Below are positions 1 through 14,559 of a stretch of DNA of 64,000 bases, in pieces; the stretch's first letter is position 1; each line of letters begins with the position of its first letter. Location of the stretch: the NCBI RefSeq assembly GCF_009914755.1, contig NC_060940.1; one strand, written 5' to 3'. Under the pieces are notes generated by a model, which saw only the letters and a program-made list of their open reading frames with translations, ran no database searches and was not told the origin of the DNA. The DNA is from the human T2T-CHM13v2.0 reference genome, Homo sapiens. A program made the translations under genes and the position numbers.

Positions 1-425
1 CATATCCCTGGGTCCTGCACCCACGAGATGTGACCCTCCTGCCTGGGGCCTGCCCATAGAGTCACTCTGACATATCTCTGGGCCCATCCCTCAGGTGTCG
101 TAACACTCTTCTTGTGCCCAGGTGTTGCGGGCAGGAGGGACTGTGACATAGGCCTGGACCAAGCACCTGGGTGATGTGACACTCTTGGCTGAGCCCTGCT
201 ACCCTAAGGGGATATTTTCACATATTGCTGATCTCAGCACTAAGATTATGTAACTCTCCTACCTGAACTTTTTCCACAGGGGGCATTGTTACATATTCCT
301 GGCCCAGAACCTAGGTGATGTGACTCTCCTACCTGGTCACTGCTCACAGGTATGTTTGGATCCAGTTTACAGGCCCAGTGATGACTCTCATACCTGGACC
401 TAGCCAGTTAAAAAATGTTGACTCT

Positions 426-846
<421 letters not shown>

Positions 847-3551
847 TCATTGGTCTATATCAGAATTAAAGTCTCAGAGCTGACTGCAACTCTCATGCAC
901 ATTATATAAAGCCCTCCAGTGGTACAGAGAATGTCATAACAGGGCCCACCACACAGGTGTGATTGTGACCCTCATATGCATAGGCAGCTAACAGGATTGT
1001 CAATCTCCCACAAGATCACAGGCCACTGTTGATGTTCTGAATCTCAAAACTAGAGACAGTCAAAATTTAGAACTGTGACTTTCATATGTGAATGCAGTCC
1101 ACAGGTTGGATGGTGACCCACAAACCAGGATTAAGCACACCTGTTAGGCTGTGATTTTTCTACCAAGAAACACTGTGTAGGTGTGACTAGGGCTCTCATG
1201 CACAAATCAAGTCCACTGTTAAGATTGTAACTCATGTATTTGAACTCAACTAGCAGGAGATGTTGACTTTCATACCTGGAGCTGAGACATGTGCTGGATT
1301 GTGAATCTCATTTTTGGATTTGCCCAAAGGTTTGATTGTGACACATACCTTTGCCTAACATCTGAGTGATCTGACTCTCATGTGTGAGCCTAGCATGCAT
1401 ACAGATGGGATTGCTACATGTCCCGTGGCCAAGGACTTAGGTGATGTGACATTCCTGCTGGGGTGTGGCCCTGCTCTGGAAAGGTTCTTAACATATTGCT
1501 GGACTCAGCACCTAGGTGATGTGACTCTTCTTCCTGGGTCCTGCCCAGAGCTCAAATTGTAACACATATCTGGGCCCAAAACACAGGTAAGGCAATGACT
1601 CTCATACCTGGGCCAAGACAATAAGATAGATTTTTATTCTTGTAGCTCAGCCTGAAACAATGGGTAAGTACAGGGTCTCCTACATGTACAAAGTTTACAG
1701 AAGATTATGACACTCACAGATATCACATGAAATGCTCGGGTTGTACAGAGAGTGTCATAATAGAACCCAAAGAGATGAGATTATTACTCTCCTACTCACA
1801 CTCAGCTGACAGGGTTATCATCCTCACACATGAATAGAGCCCACTGATGAGATCCTGATTCTTACTGTAGGCACAGCCTACAGTTGGAATTTTGCCTATT
1901 ATATATAGATTCAGCCACAAATAAGAGGGTGACTCATTTCTGAAACCAGCTTACAGGCAAGATGATGACTTTCATACCTGAACCCAGCCAATAGGAGAAA
2001 TATTGACTCTTGTGCCTGGGCTTAAGGCAAAGGGTAATATCATGGGATTATACCACCACAAAAGTCTCAGAGCAGATTGCAACTCTCACAAATACTCTAT
2101 TAAACTTTCTGTGGTACAAAGGGTGTAATAACAGGGCCTAGCACACAGATGAGATTGTTACACTTGTATGTACACCCAGCCAACAGTAAGGATTGTCACC
2201 CTCTCACATAAACACAGTCCACTGCTGAGGTTCTGAATTTCACATCTGAAGGAAAGTGAAAGGTTAAATTGTGACTCTCATGTGTGGATCTGGTCCACAG
2301 GTAGGATGGTGACTGTCAAACCAAGATTCAACACAACATTGAGAATATGGCTGCCCTGCTAGGACGTTGTTCACAGGTGGAGTTGAGGCTGTCATTTATG
2401 GATCTTGTCCACCATTGAGATTCCGTCTCACACACTTGGGCACAAATCACAGAAGGTGGTGACTCTCCTACCTGAAGCCTGGTAGTGTGTGGGATTATGA
2501 ATCTCATTCCTTGACTTTCCTGCAGGTGTGATAGTAACATATACTTTTGCTCATCACCTGATTGATTGATTTTACTCTCTTGTGGAAGCCTAACAAACAA
2601 TTGGGAGTTGAGATTCTGGAATATACCTGGTCCTAGCCCCTGGGTGATGTGACTCTCCTGCCTGGGCTCTGCCCACAGGATACATTGTGACATGTCTCTG
2701 GGCCCATCACCAAAGTGATGTGACTCTAATTTCCTGCCTATGTCCTGCCTCCCTTGGGGATTTTGACATATCACTGAGCCCACTAGTGTGTGATATGACT
2801 CTCCTGTTTGCTAGACCCTGCTAACCAAAACAAAAGTGACATACAGCTGAGTCCAGCACCTAGGTAATGTGACTCTCTTTTGCTACCTCTGCCCTCCCTA
2901 TATAAGGGATTGTGACATACCACTGGGCCAAGCACCCAGGTAATGTGACTCTCCTGCTTGTACCCTGCCTACACTGGGCATTGTGACATATCACTGAGCC
3001 TAGCACCTGGGTGATGTAACTTCTTTTTTGGGACATGTCAACAGAAGGGATTGTGACATATCTCTGGCCCATCACCCAGGTGATGTGACTCTCTTGGCTT
3101 CTGTTCACCCACAGGTAGGATTGTGAACTTTACTAGGCCCAGGCATCATGATGTCTCTCAGATGTGGAACCACAAAATAGAAGAAATATTGACTCACATA
3201 GATAGATTTAGGGCAAAAAGGAAGGTCCTGAGTCTCTTACTTGTAAAAAAAATTATAGAATATTCTAACACACACATATATTATGAAGCCTTTGAGTGAC
3301 ACAGAGTTTCATAATACAAACCAGTACACAGGTAGTAGTGTGACTCTCATAAGCACACCCCACTGAAAATTAGGATTGTCATCCTCATATATGGACAGAC
3401 CCACTGGTGAACTCCTGAGTCTCACATGCAGATGAAGTCCACAGTTGGAATTGTGACTGTTACATGTAAATCTGGCCACAGGTGACATGGTGACTCATTT
3501 CTGGACCCAGCTCACAGGCCCAGTAATACCTGAACTCAGACAATAAAGTAG

Positions 3552-3981
3552 TGATGTGGCCCCAATCCCTGTTGGACTGAACAAAGGAGGACGAACGCAG
3601 GAATAAAGACAAAAGAGTATATTTGAAAGAAGGGATCAGGGGGCTCCTTGCTTCTAGTGAACAAGGGCCCTGTACTTCTAGCTCCATTCGTATTTATTGA
3701 GTAAAGGAGATAGGGAGAAAGAGGTGGTTGTCAGTCAGCTGCTTGACTTGGTGCAGGCTGCACGACCGCATTCTCTGAACAGTAGTCTCCAGATGTTCCA
3801 ACAGATAACCTCAAGGAGCACGGCGTCAGGGAGTGATTGCCCCCAGCAAACCTTCTGGTGGCAGGTGCAGTCGCAAGTTTGCCCACATCCTGCATTCATG
3901 ATAAACAGTTTGCTGTTTGATCATATAGCCTCCAGTGGAATGCTGAGTTGGTCATGATCCACAGGCCTTCAACTCCCTACA
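3552..3981 (-). mobile_element. Solo LTR3 (HERV-K HML-6 LTR)
   Basis: TG...CA termini, ~430 bp, clearly homologous to the proviral LTRs at 40441 and 47897; 6-bp TSD AAGTAG (3546-3551) / AAATAG (3982-3987). Confidence 0.88.
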
Positions 3982-5600
3982 AAATAGATGTTTGCTCTAG
4001 TAACTAGGCTTAGGGCAACAGGTAATGTCTTGGGTTTCCTACTTGTACAAAAGTCAGAGAGCCCTACAAAACTCAAGTTATTGTACAACGCCCTCAAGTG
4101 GTAAAGAGAGTTTCATAACAGGGTCCATCACACAGATGAAATTGTGACTCTTGTCTGCACACTCACCTAACAGTAAGGATTATCATCTACCTACATGTTC
4201 ACAGCCCATTGTTGAGTTTCTAAATCTCACACCTGGAGGCAACTGAAAGGTGAAACTGACTCTCATAAATGGATCTGGACCATAGGTAGGATGGTGACTT
4301 TTGGATGAAGATTAAACACCCTGTGAGGCTGTGTCTATTTTATTAGGACACTGTTTTCAGATGAGATGGGGGCTCTCATGCACAGATCCAGTCCACTGTT
4401 GACATTGTGACTCATGTACTTGGACAGAACTCAAAAAGGTGTTGACTTTCAAATTTGGAGCCAGGAAACATGCAGTGTTGTGAATCTCATTCCCTGGACC
4501 TTTCTGCAGGTGTGGTTTTGACGCATACCCTTTACCAGCACCTGGTTATTTTTACACTTCTGCTGGTCCTGTCTAAACACAGGATTATGACCTATACCTA
4601 GGCCAAGCACATAGGTGATATGACTCTCTTGCCTGGGCTATTCTCTCAGAGGAGATTTTGAAATATTTATGCACCAATCAGCTAGGTGATGTGACTCTCC
4701 TCTCTGGCCTGGACTCAGCCCACAAAGGGCATTGTGACATATCACTGGTTCCATGTGCTAGGTGACGTGACTCTTCTCTCCTGCCTGGGCCCCACCCCAT
4801 TTCAAATTTTGACATATCCCTTGGTCCATCTCCTAGGTGATACGTCTCTCCTCTTTTGCCTTGGACCTGCTTACCTGGGGAATTTTAATGTATTACTGGG
4901 GACAGCACCTGGTAGATTTTACTGTTCTTTTTTTTTTTTGCCTAGACTCTCCCTACAGAAGGGAGTGTGACAAATCAATGGGCCAAGCACCCAGCTGATG
5001 TGGCTCTCCTGTTTAAGCAATGCCTGTAATTGGGATTGTGAAATATACCTGGGCCATATTTTCTAGGTGATGTAACTCTCCTGCCTGAATCCCTCCTGAG
5101 AGGGCATTGTGGCATATCTCTGTGCCCATCCCCTAGGTCATATGACTCTTCTTTTTTTCCTGGGCTCTGTCCATAGGGTAATTTGTGACATATTGCTGGG
5201 CCCAATACCCAGGCAATTTGACTCTCTCATTTTGGCCCTGCCCACAAAGGGCATTGTGACATTTCAGTGGGCTCAACAGCCAGGCGATGTGACTGGGGCT
5301 CTTCTCTCAAAATGGATACTGACATATCTCTGCGTAAGGATTTAGGTGATGTGGCTCTCCTTCCTGATCCCTGCCCACAGGTGGTATTGTCATATATATC
5401 TAGGTCCAGTTCACAGGCATAATGATGACTATCATACACAAACACAACCAATAGAAAAGATGTTGAATCTTCTCCCTGGGCTTATGGCAATGTATCAGGT
5501 CTTCATCTCCTACTTTTGGAAAGATCACAAAGTATTAGAAAACTTATGCATATTCTGTAACGCTCTTTGGTGGTACAGAGACTGTCATTACAGGGCCCAG

Positions 5601-5840
5601 CACACAGCCAACAGTTAAAATTTGCGGTCTCACACATGGACAAAGCCCACTGTTAAGGTCCTGAAACTCATAGACACAGTCCGCAGTTGGAATTTTGACT
5701 GTCTTATGTGGATCTGGCCACACAGCCAACAGTTAAAATTTGCAGTCTCACACGTGGACAAAGCCCACTGTTAAGGTCCTGAATCTCACTCATACACACA
5801 GTCTGCAGTTTGAATTTTGACTGTCATATGTGGATCTGGC
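5601..5840. repeat. ~120-bp tandem duplication within the satellite
   Basis: CACACAGCCAACAGTTAAAATTTGC...TATGTGGATCTGGC at 5601-5718 and again at 5719-5840 with few differences. Confidence 0.85.
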
Positions 5841-8800
5841 CACAGGTAAAATGGTGACTCATTGCTGGAGCTATCTCACAGGCATGGTAATGACTCTCAT
5901 ATCTGAGCCAGTCAATAGAAGAGATGTTGAATCTCATCCTTAGGCTTGGAGCAACAGGTAAGATCATGGGTTTATATAAGCACAAAGGCTTCAGAGTGGA
6001 TTGCAAGTCTCAAAGATATTATTAAAAGCCGCAGATGCTGCAAAGAATAATATAACAAGGCCCAGTACAGTGTTGAAGATTTGACTCTCATTGCATACAC
6101 TGTCAACAGTAAAGATTTTCACACTTCCATATGGACACAGCCCACTGTTGAAGTTCTGAATTTCATATCCAAAGGCAGTCAAAAGTTGGTATTATTACTC
6201 TTATATGTGGATCCAGCCTTTAGGTGAGATAACGAGTCTCTGACCAAGATTCGGCAAATATATTAGGCTCTAACTCTCTTAATGTGTGTTTTCTGAGGTT
6301 GAGGCTTTCATGCCTGGATCCAATTTACTGTTGAAATCATGACTTTGCATATTGGATACATGAGGTGTGTAAAAGTTTACGAGGTGCATGCTTTTATAGC
6401 TGGACCCAGAACATGTGCAGGAATGTAAATTCCATCCCTGGACCTTCCCACAGGTGTGAATGTGACGTATACTTTTGCCCAGCCAGAACTTGACTAATTT
6501 GAATATACCGCCTGAATAAAGCCCACAGTTTGGATTGTGACATATACCTAAGCCAATAACCTTGGTATTGTGGCCCTCCTGCCTAGCCCCTTCTCACAGG
6601 TGGCATTGTGATATACCAGGCCCCATTCCCAGAGGGGATTTTGACATATTGATGAGTCCAGCACTCCTGTGATGTAATCCTTCAGCCTGGGTTCTGCTCA
6701 CAGGGGACATTGTGACACATCACTGGTCCCAGCACCATAGTGATGTCAGTTTCCTACCAGAACTCAACTCACAGAGGGGATACACATATATCCTTGGTTC
6801 AGTACTCAGGTGATGTGACTCTCCTGCCTGCTTCTGCCTACAGGTAGGATTGTGACGTAGGCCTACACTCAAGTCACAGGAATAATGATGACTGTCATAT
6901 GACAGCCCAGACAAAAGAAGAGACTTTGACTCTTATAGTTAAGCTTAGAAAAATCAGTAAGGTTCTGGGTCTCCTGATTGTATAAAGACTACAGATGATT
7001 ATGACACTCATGAATATTGTATAAATACTTGGGTCTTATCAGAGTTCATTACAGAGGTAAAATTTTGTCTCGTACAGGCACAGTATCCGACAACTGGGAT
7101 TGCCACTCTCACACATGGACAAAGCCCACAGGTGAGGTTCCGATTCTCACATATCCAAACAGTCCACGGTTAGAATTAGAACTGTCATATGTGGATCTGG
7201 CAACAGGTTGGAAAGGTGACTCATTTCTGAACCCAGCTCATAGGCATGTCACTGTCTCTCAAGCCTGGTTCCAACTAATAGAAGAGATGTTGACTCTTGT
7301 ATCTAGGCTTATGGCAACAGATAAGATCCTGGGCTTCCCACTTTTACAGAGGTCTCAGAGAACTACAACTGTCATGCATATTGTATGATGCCCTAAGATT
7401 GTACAGAGAGTGTTAAAACAGGGCCCAGCTCAAAATTCTGATTGTGACCCTTGTATGCACACACAGTCCACAGTTAGAATTAAATGTGAACATAATCCAC
7501 TCATGAGGTCCTGGATCTCACTCACAGAAACAGTTCACAGTTGGAATTGTGACTGTCATATCTGGATCCATCCACAAATGGGATGGTGCCTCGTTTTTGG
7601 ACCCAGCTCCCAGGCACACTAATGACTCTCATACCTGGACCCAGCAAATAGGACTGGTGTGGACTCTCATGCCTGAACTTAGGGCAACATGCAGGATCAT
7701 GGGTTTATACCATGATGAAGGTCTCAGAACAGGTTTGTCATGCATACCATACGAAGCCCTTAAGTGGCACTGAGGGTGTCTTATAAAAGCCCAACACACA
7801 GGTGACATTGTGACACTCCTATGTACACACAACATACAGTGAGGAATGTCATCTTCCCATATGGGCACAGCCCATTGTTGAGGTTCTGAATAACACACCC
7901 AGATCAGTTGAAAGTTGGTAATGTGACTTTCATACATGGAGCCAGTTCACAGGAGAAATGGTGACTTTTATACCAAAACTCAGCACACCTGTGAGGCAGT
8001 GACTGCCCTAATTAGACAGTGTTTGCAGATGAGGTTGAAGTGTTCATGCATGAATTCTGTTTGCCATTGAGATTGTGATTTGTGTACTTTAACACAATTC
8101 CCAGAAGGTGTTGTCTCTTACACCTTGAGCTAGAAAATATGTGGGACTGTGAATATCATCCATGGACTTTCCTGCAGGTGTGACTTTGACATATAATATT
8201 TTCTCATCACCTGATTGACTTTACTCCCTTGCATGAACCCTGCCAACAGTTGGGATCATGACATATACCTCACCCAAACACCTAGGTGATTTGACTATGC
8301 TGCCTGCATCCTGCCCCTAAGAGCCATTGTAATGTGTCTCTGAGCACGTCACCTAGGTGATGAGACTCTACATTCCCACCTGTACTCTGCCTCCACTAAC
8401 ATAAATCTGAGCATATTATCTAGGTGACATGACTCTCCTCTCATGAGTGGGCCCTGTGAACAAGGGGGATTATGACATATTGCTAGGCCCAGCACCTAGG
8501 TGATATGACTCTTTTGACTGCGTTCTACCTGCATTGGGCATTGTGACATATCACTGAGCCTAACACAAAGGTGACATGACTTTTCTGTATGGTTCCTGAC
8601 TATGGAGAGATATTGACATTTCCCTGCCCCAGCATTCAGGTGATGTGACTTTCCTCCCTGGTTCTGCTCACAGGTGAAACTGTGACCTATATCTAGGCCC
8701 AGGCATAGTCATAATAATGGCTTTCTTACATGGACCCAGCCAATAGGAGAAATTTTGACCCTAATAGGCTTAGGGCAACAACTAAAGTCCTTGGTCTACT

Positions 8801-9459
8801 AATTATAAAAATGTCACAGAAGATTATGACACTCACATGTATTTTATAAAGCCTTGGGGTGTATAGAAAGTTACATAACAGGGCCCAGCAAACAGTGAGC
8901 TTGTGAATCTCATAAACACATGTAGCCAACAATTAAGATTGTCACCTTCATACATGGACAGAGTCCACTAGTGAGATTCTAAATCTCACACAAGGATGCA
9001 GTTCAGAGTTGAAATTGTGACTGTTTTATATGAGGATCTGGCCTCAGGCTGGATGATGTTTAAACTTCCCCTTGTAATTTTTCTTACAGCAATGTAATTT
9101 TCCATTTTGGCCAAGGACAATTTTTTTTTCAGACAAAGTTATGATTGTGGAGAAACATTGATTTAGACATATGGAATCTGTTTCCTTTTTCATAGAGCAT
9201 GAACAAATACAACATTATACATTTATCTTACCTAAGTTGTTCTCTTTCAAAAACATTAATATAATAAAACATTGAAAATTGTCTCAATTTATCCAAAATA
9301 CGTAAATATGCTTAATTTAAAAAACAGTTTTCCAAAACAACTGTCTTTTGCCAATATTCAAGAAGCCCCAGAATGTCTTACCCAAAACAATCAACAAAAG
9401 ACTGTCAACTAAAAATTAAGCGATAGTGCTCAAGTGTAATTTGTTTTGTTTTCTTTGTT

Positions 9460-9612
9460 TTAGGGATGAGGCCTCATTATGTTGCTTAGGCTGGAGTGCA
9501 GTAGCTAGTCACAAACACAATCATGGTGCATTACAGCCTGGGCTCAAAGGGTCCTCCTGACTTAGCCTCCCGAGCCGTTGGGACTAAAGGGACATGTCAC
9601 CACACCCGGCTA
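9460..9612 (-). mobile_element. Old Alu fragment (AluJ/monomer-like) in the pseudogene 3' UTR region
   Basis: GTTGCTTAGGCTGGAGTGCAGT...CACCACACCCGGCTA, diverged. Confidence 0.7.
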
Positions 9613-9968
9613 TGTTTTTAAAAACCACTTTTACACTATTGCACATTTTTGGACACTGGGAACAAACAGATTTTGACTCTCAAGAAAAAAGTACTTCATG
9701 GCACATTAAACAATGAGTGAATGAGTTTACAAAACACAAGAGGCAGGGTAGTTATTCCAAAATGACAAGAAACAACATTGTGCCTTTGCTTTTGTTTGAA
9801 GAGAAATAAACTGTTTCCACTCAAGTTTTAAATGCCAAAATAGCTAATTACTGTTAAAATGTCACCAAAATTAGTAACATTACTCAGAAAATCAACTATC
9901 TCCAACAGAAACAATTTTAGTTACCTTTTACAAAAACTACGTTGTAACTTTCATTTCTAAAGGTCTTA

Positions 9969-10387
<419 letters not shown>

Positions 10388-11784
10388 TACTATCGCACAT
10401 TACACTCATTTTTCAGGAATGTGTGCTTCCCTCCATACCCCCAAACTGACAATACATCTATGAAGTACATTCCATTATCTGAATTTATAACACTCAAAGT
10501 GCTTATGCTCTTCCGCTGAACAAGTACATTAATATACTTGTAGTCTCAAACACTTCATGAATTCTGAAAGGGATTCTCTATGTAGGGAGCTTCCTTCGTG
10601 AAATGAATTCAGCTACTCACCAGCATACCAATATCCCCAAGTATCTAAAAAATTTATTTTGCTCCTTTCCAATGCAAGATCTCATTAGATCACATACTTG
10701 GTAAAGTGTTCCATGGGTGTGAACAATAATTCTTGTTTGTGCAAATTCTTTCAAGACTTGTGGATAAGTAACTCCAGTATTCCTTCCTCCGGAATGAACA
10801 CCATCCAGCCAATACATTGTACTTATGCTTTTAATGAAAGCATCTATGTTTTTGTCTTTCTTGGCTTCTTTCAATTCAAAGAAACTGATTCAAAACAACA
10901 CATTTATTGAATCCAGTCAAAGGAAAAGATGCATCATTTAGTGATGGTGGATAAAAACACATGGCCGATCCATCAGATTTTTCAAAGGTCCTATCTTTTC
11001 CTTCCTGGAAATGATTTGTAGTATGAGAAGAATTGGACATCTACAATTAGATGCTGTGGAGTCCTTATTCCAATCATTCAAATTTTCCTTTGATAAACTA
11101 CTCTGACTTAAAAGCATTAACTAATAACATATAAAGGTGCTTAAAAGCTCCAGAGTCTGTATTGTGTTCTGGGAAACCAAACATGTTACTTTTCAGAAAA
11201 CTATCATGGCAGCGCATTTGTTCCGGAGCACTTCATCACCCCAATACAGCTACTGGGGAACCGGTGGGCTAAAATGGAGGCAATAATTTCTAGACTCCAA
11301 TTTTCCCATTGGTAATTCGCAGGATGACGAGTCATGATTTCACGGTAATCCTGCACATCCCCGGGTAAAGAGAGGATGTGGCGGCTGCAGTTCCTACTCA
11401 GCCCGCTTCCTGGAGATGATCCGCCGCTCCAGTCCCTCCCTGGTCACCGCCAACAGGAGCAACTCTGCACTGCGCTGCGGGTCAGCTCCCGGCAGGGCGG
11501 GCACGGACGGCTCTGAGGAGGCGCCCGTTGGCGGAGGGGGAGCTTCGCGAACCGGCGCTGCCGCTAGGCTCATGGTTCTGTCCTGAGAGAAGGAAGAGGC
11601 ATCTCCAGTTCCAACCTGTGGCAGCAGGAACAGCAACCACGGCGACCGCAAAACCTGAACTCCTTATTGGAAGGCGGAGAGTGGGGGGGGGGGGTCCTCA
11701 GAAAGAGACTGCGCAGGACGGTAGCCGGCGCGAGGCATTAACGACAGAGACTGATGTCACCGCGCAGCGCCGGATTTTATTCTT

Positions 11785-12045
<261 letters not shown>

Positions 12046-12059
12046 GGCGGATTTTTTTT

Positions 12060-13640
12060 TTCCTATGGTTAAATCGTATTCCATTATGTGTATACACCAT
12101 ATTCGCTTTATCCATTTATCCCTGATGGACACAAGATTGATTCCATATCTTGGCTGTTGTCAATAGAGCTATGATAAACATGAGAGAGCAGCTATCTCTT
12201 CAATATACTAATTTTATTTCCTTTTGATATATACTCAATAATGGAATTGCTGGATTATATGGTAGTTCTATTTTTAGGTTTTTGTTTTTTGTTTGGAGAA
12301 ACCTGCATAGTTTTCCATGCAGGTTTCTTATCAATAAATAAATGAATCTAAAAAGGTACTAAATTTACATTCACACCAACAGTGTATAAGTGTTCCCTTT
12401 TCTCCACATCCTCATCCAAACCTTGTTATCGTTTGTCTTCTTGATAATGGCCATTCTAAATGGGGTGAGGTACTATTTCATGTGGTTTTGGATTGCATTT
12501 TCCAGATGATTCGTGATGTTGAGCATTTCTTTGTGTCTTCTTTGGAAAAATGTCTATTCAGGTTTTTTGCTCACTCTTTAGTTGGGTTTTTGATTTTTAT
12601 TGCTGTTGAGTTGAGTCATATATATATTTTGGATATTAACTCCCTGCCAGATGCACATATTTTTTTTCATTTTATATGTTGTCTTTTCACTCTATTAATA
12701 GATTTCTGTGCTGTCCAGAAGCTTTTAATATTTTACTGATATTAATTTTTCTGTTTTCTGACTTGATACAGAGGTAAGTGTTTTCCCTCAGCTTCACAGG
12801 TTAGCTGTCTTCTATCTCACTACTTTTAAGAGTTTTTCTTCGTTTTGATTTTATGCAATTCGATCATTATTATTTTTTAAGATTTATTTTATGTATAATT
12901 GACACATAATAATTGTACATATTTATGGGCTACAGTGTGATGTTTCAGTGCATGTTTACACTGTAAAATGACCCAATGAGGGTAATTTGCATATCTAGCA
13001 GTGTAAACATTTATAATTTATTTGTGCTATTAAAATTCAAAAACCTCTCTTCTAGCTGTGTTATAATAAATAGTACATTATATTAGCTATAGTCACCCTA
13101 CTGTGTAATAGAACATCAGAATTTATTCTCCCTGACTGTAACTTTGTAACTTTGACAAACCTCTCCCCATTCCTTCATCCCATCACTCTCCCTAGCCTCT
13201 AGTAACCACCATTCTACTCTTTACTTCTATTAGATCTGCTTTTTTAGATTTTGCATATGAGTGACATCATGTGGTCTTTTTCTCTCTGTGATGGGCTTAT
13301 TTCACTTAACATAATGTCCTCTAGGTTCATCCATGTTCACATAAATGACAGAAGTTCATTCTGTTCTATGACTGAGCATTATTCCTGTGTGTGTATGTGT
13401 GCCTGTGTGTATGTATAACATTTTCTTCATTCATCTGTAAATAGGCACTTATACACTGTTGGTGAGAATTTAAATTGGTACCACCATTAGGAAAAACAGC
13501 ATGGAGGTTTTTCAAGAAGTTATAAATAAAACTACCATATATATGACCCAGCAATCTCACCACTGGGTATATATCAAAAGGAAATAAAATCAGTATGTCC
13601 AAAAGATAATTGCACTCCCATGTTTATTGAAGCAGTATTC
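12060..13640 (-). mobile_element. Old L1 (L1M-type) 3'-end fragments, including a short + strand piece at ~13445-13635
   Basis: Antisense L1 ORF2 C-terminus and 3' UTR motifs (GGAATTGCTGGATTATATGGTAGTTCTATTTT; ACATTCACACCAACAGTGTATAAG); sense GACCCAGCAATCTCACCACTGGGTATATAT at ~13545. Confidence 0.8.
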
Positions 13641-14559
13641 ACAATAACCAAAATCATTATTTATTTTAAGTATTTCTTAATTTATCTTTTCTGACACATC
13701 ACACTCTAAACTTTTATAGGATTCATGCCTGGTTTCCAATTTCTGAAAATTATGAGTCACTGATTTTTTTGAATATTGCCCTCCTGTTTATATAGTATAG
13801 TAAAGCAATTAAATGTTTTTCATTTCTTCTCATCTAATTTTCATATATATTTGTATTTTGTATTAATTTGCCTTCTAAAAAGTATATTACTACATTAATT
13901 GTGCTCAGCATTCCAGTTTACTAGTCCTCTCACCATCTCAGTCTATTTCAATGTGTAATTTGTATGCTGTACATTAAGTTGTTTTACCAAATTTTCAAGT
14001 TTACTTTCCATTCGCCTCTTTTCCAAATATGACTTGACAAGCTCATAGTTTTTTCCACATTATTTCGGTTTCTTGTGTTTTCATTATATTGGCAAACATG
14101 TAATTATAATCCTCATATCTGAGTTTTATGTGCCATATAATTTAATGCTTCACTCTAATAGCTCTTCTCCTTGTGTGCAACATAATTTATAGTTTAGCTC
14201 TCACATATAGGAGACATCACACTCTGGATGCCTGCAGGCAGTTTCTCTTTGTTTATTCCATTTGCTTTGTCAGAAGCTGAACAACCCATGTGGATCTGAT
14301 GTCCTTGTGATCAGATGCATCTGAATGGAGCACTGGCCTCTTAGGTCTATACTTCTCTGGATTATACCCTTTATTTACTTCTGGTCCTGAGAAGTTTTCA
14401 TAATTTTCTTTCAACTATATTAGTCATTGTGTGAGTTCTTATAACTTCTTGGTGATTTTAGTTACCTGCATTAAGTTTTTAAAGCATGTTATTTTCCTGG
14501 AAAGCAGAAATATCAACTGTTGCATACATGAGTAAAATATTTTACCTAGATTTCATATG

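Noticed and set aside
1380-8932. Short ORFs across the satellite
   Set aside because: Chance translations of repeat units (recurring GDVTLL/ESHIT motifs).
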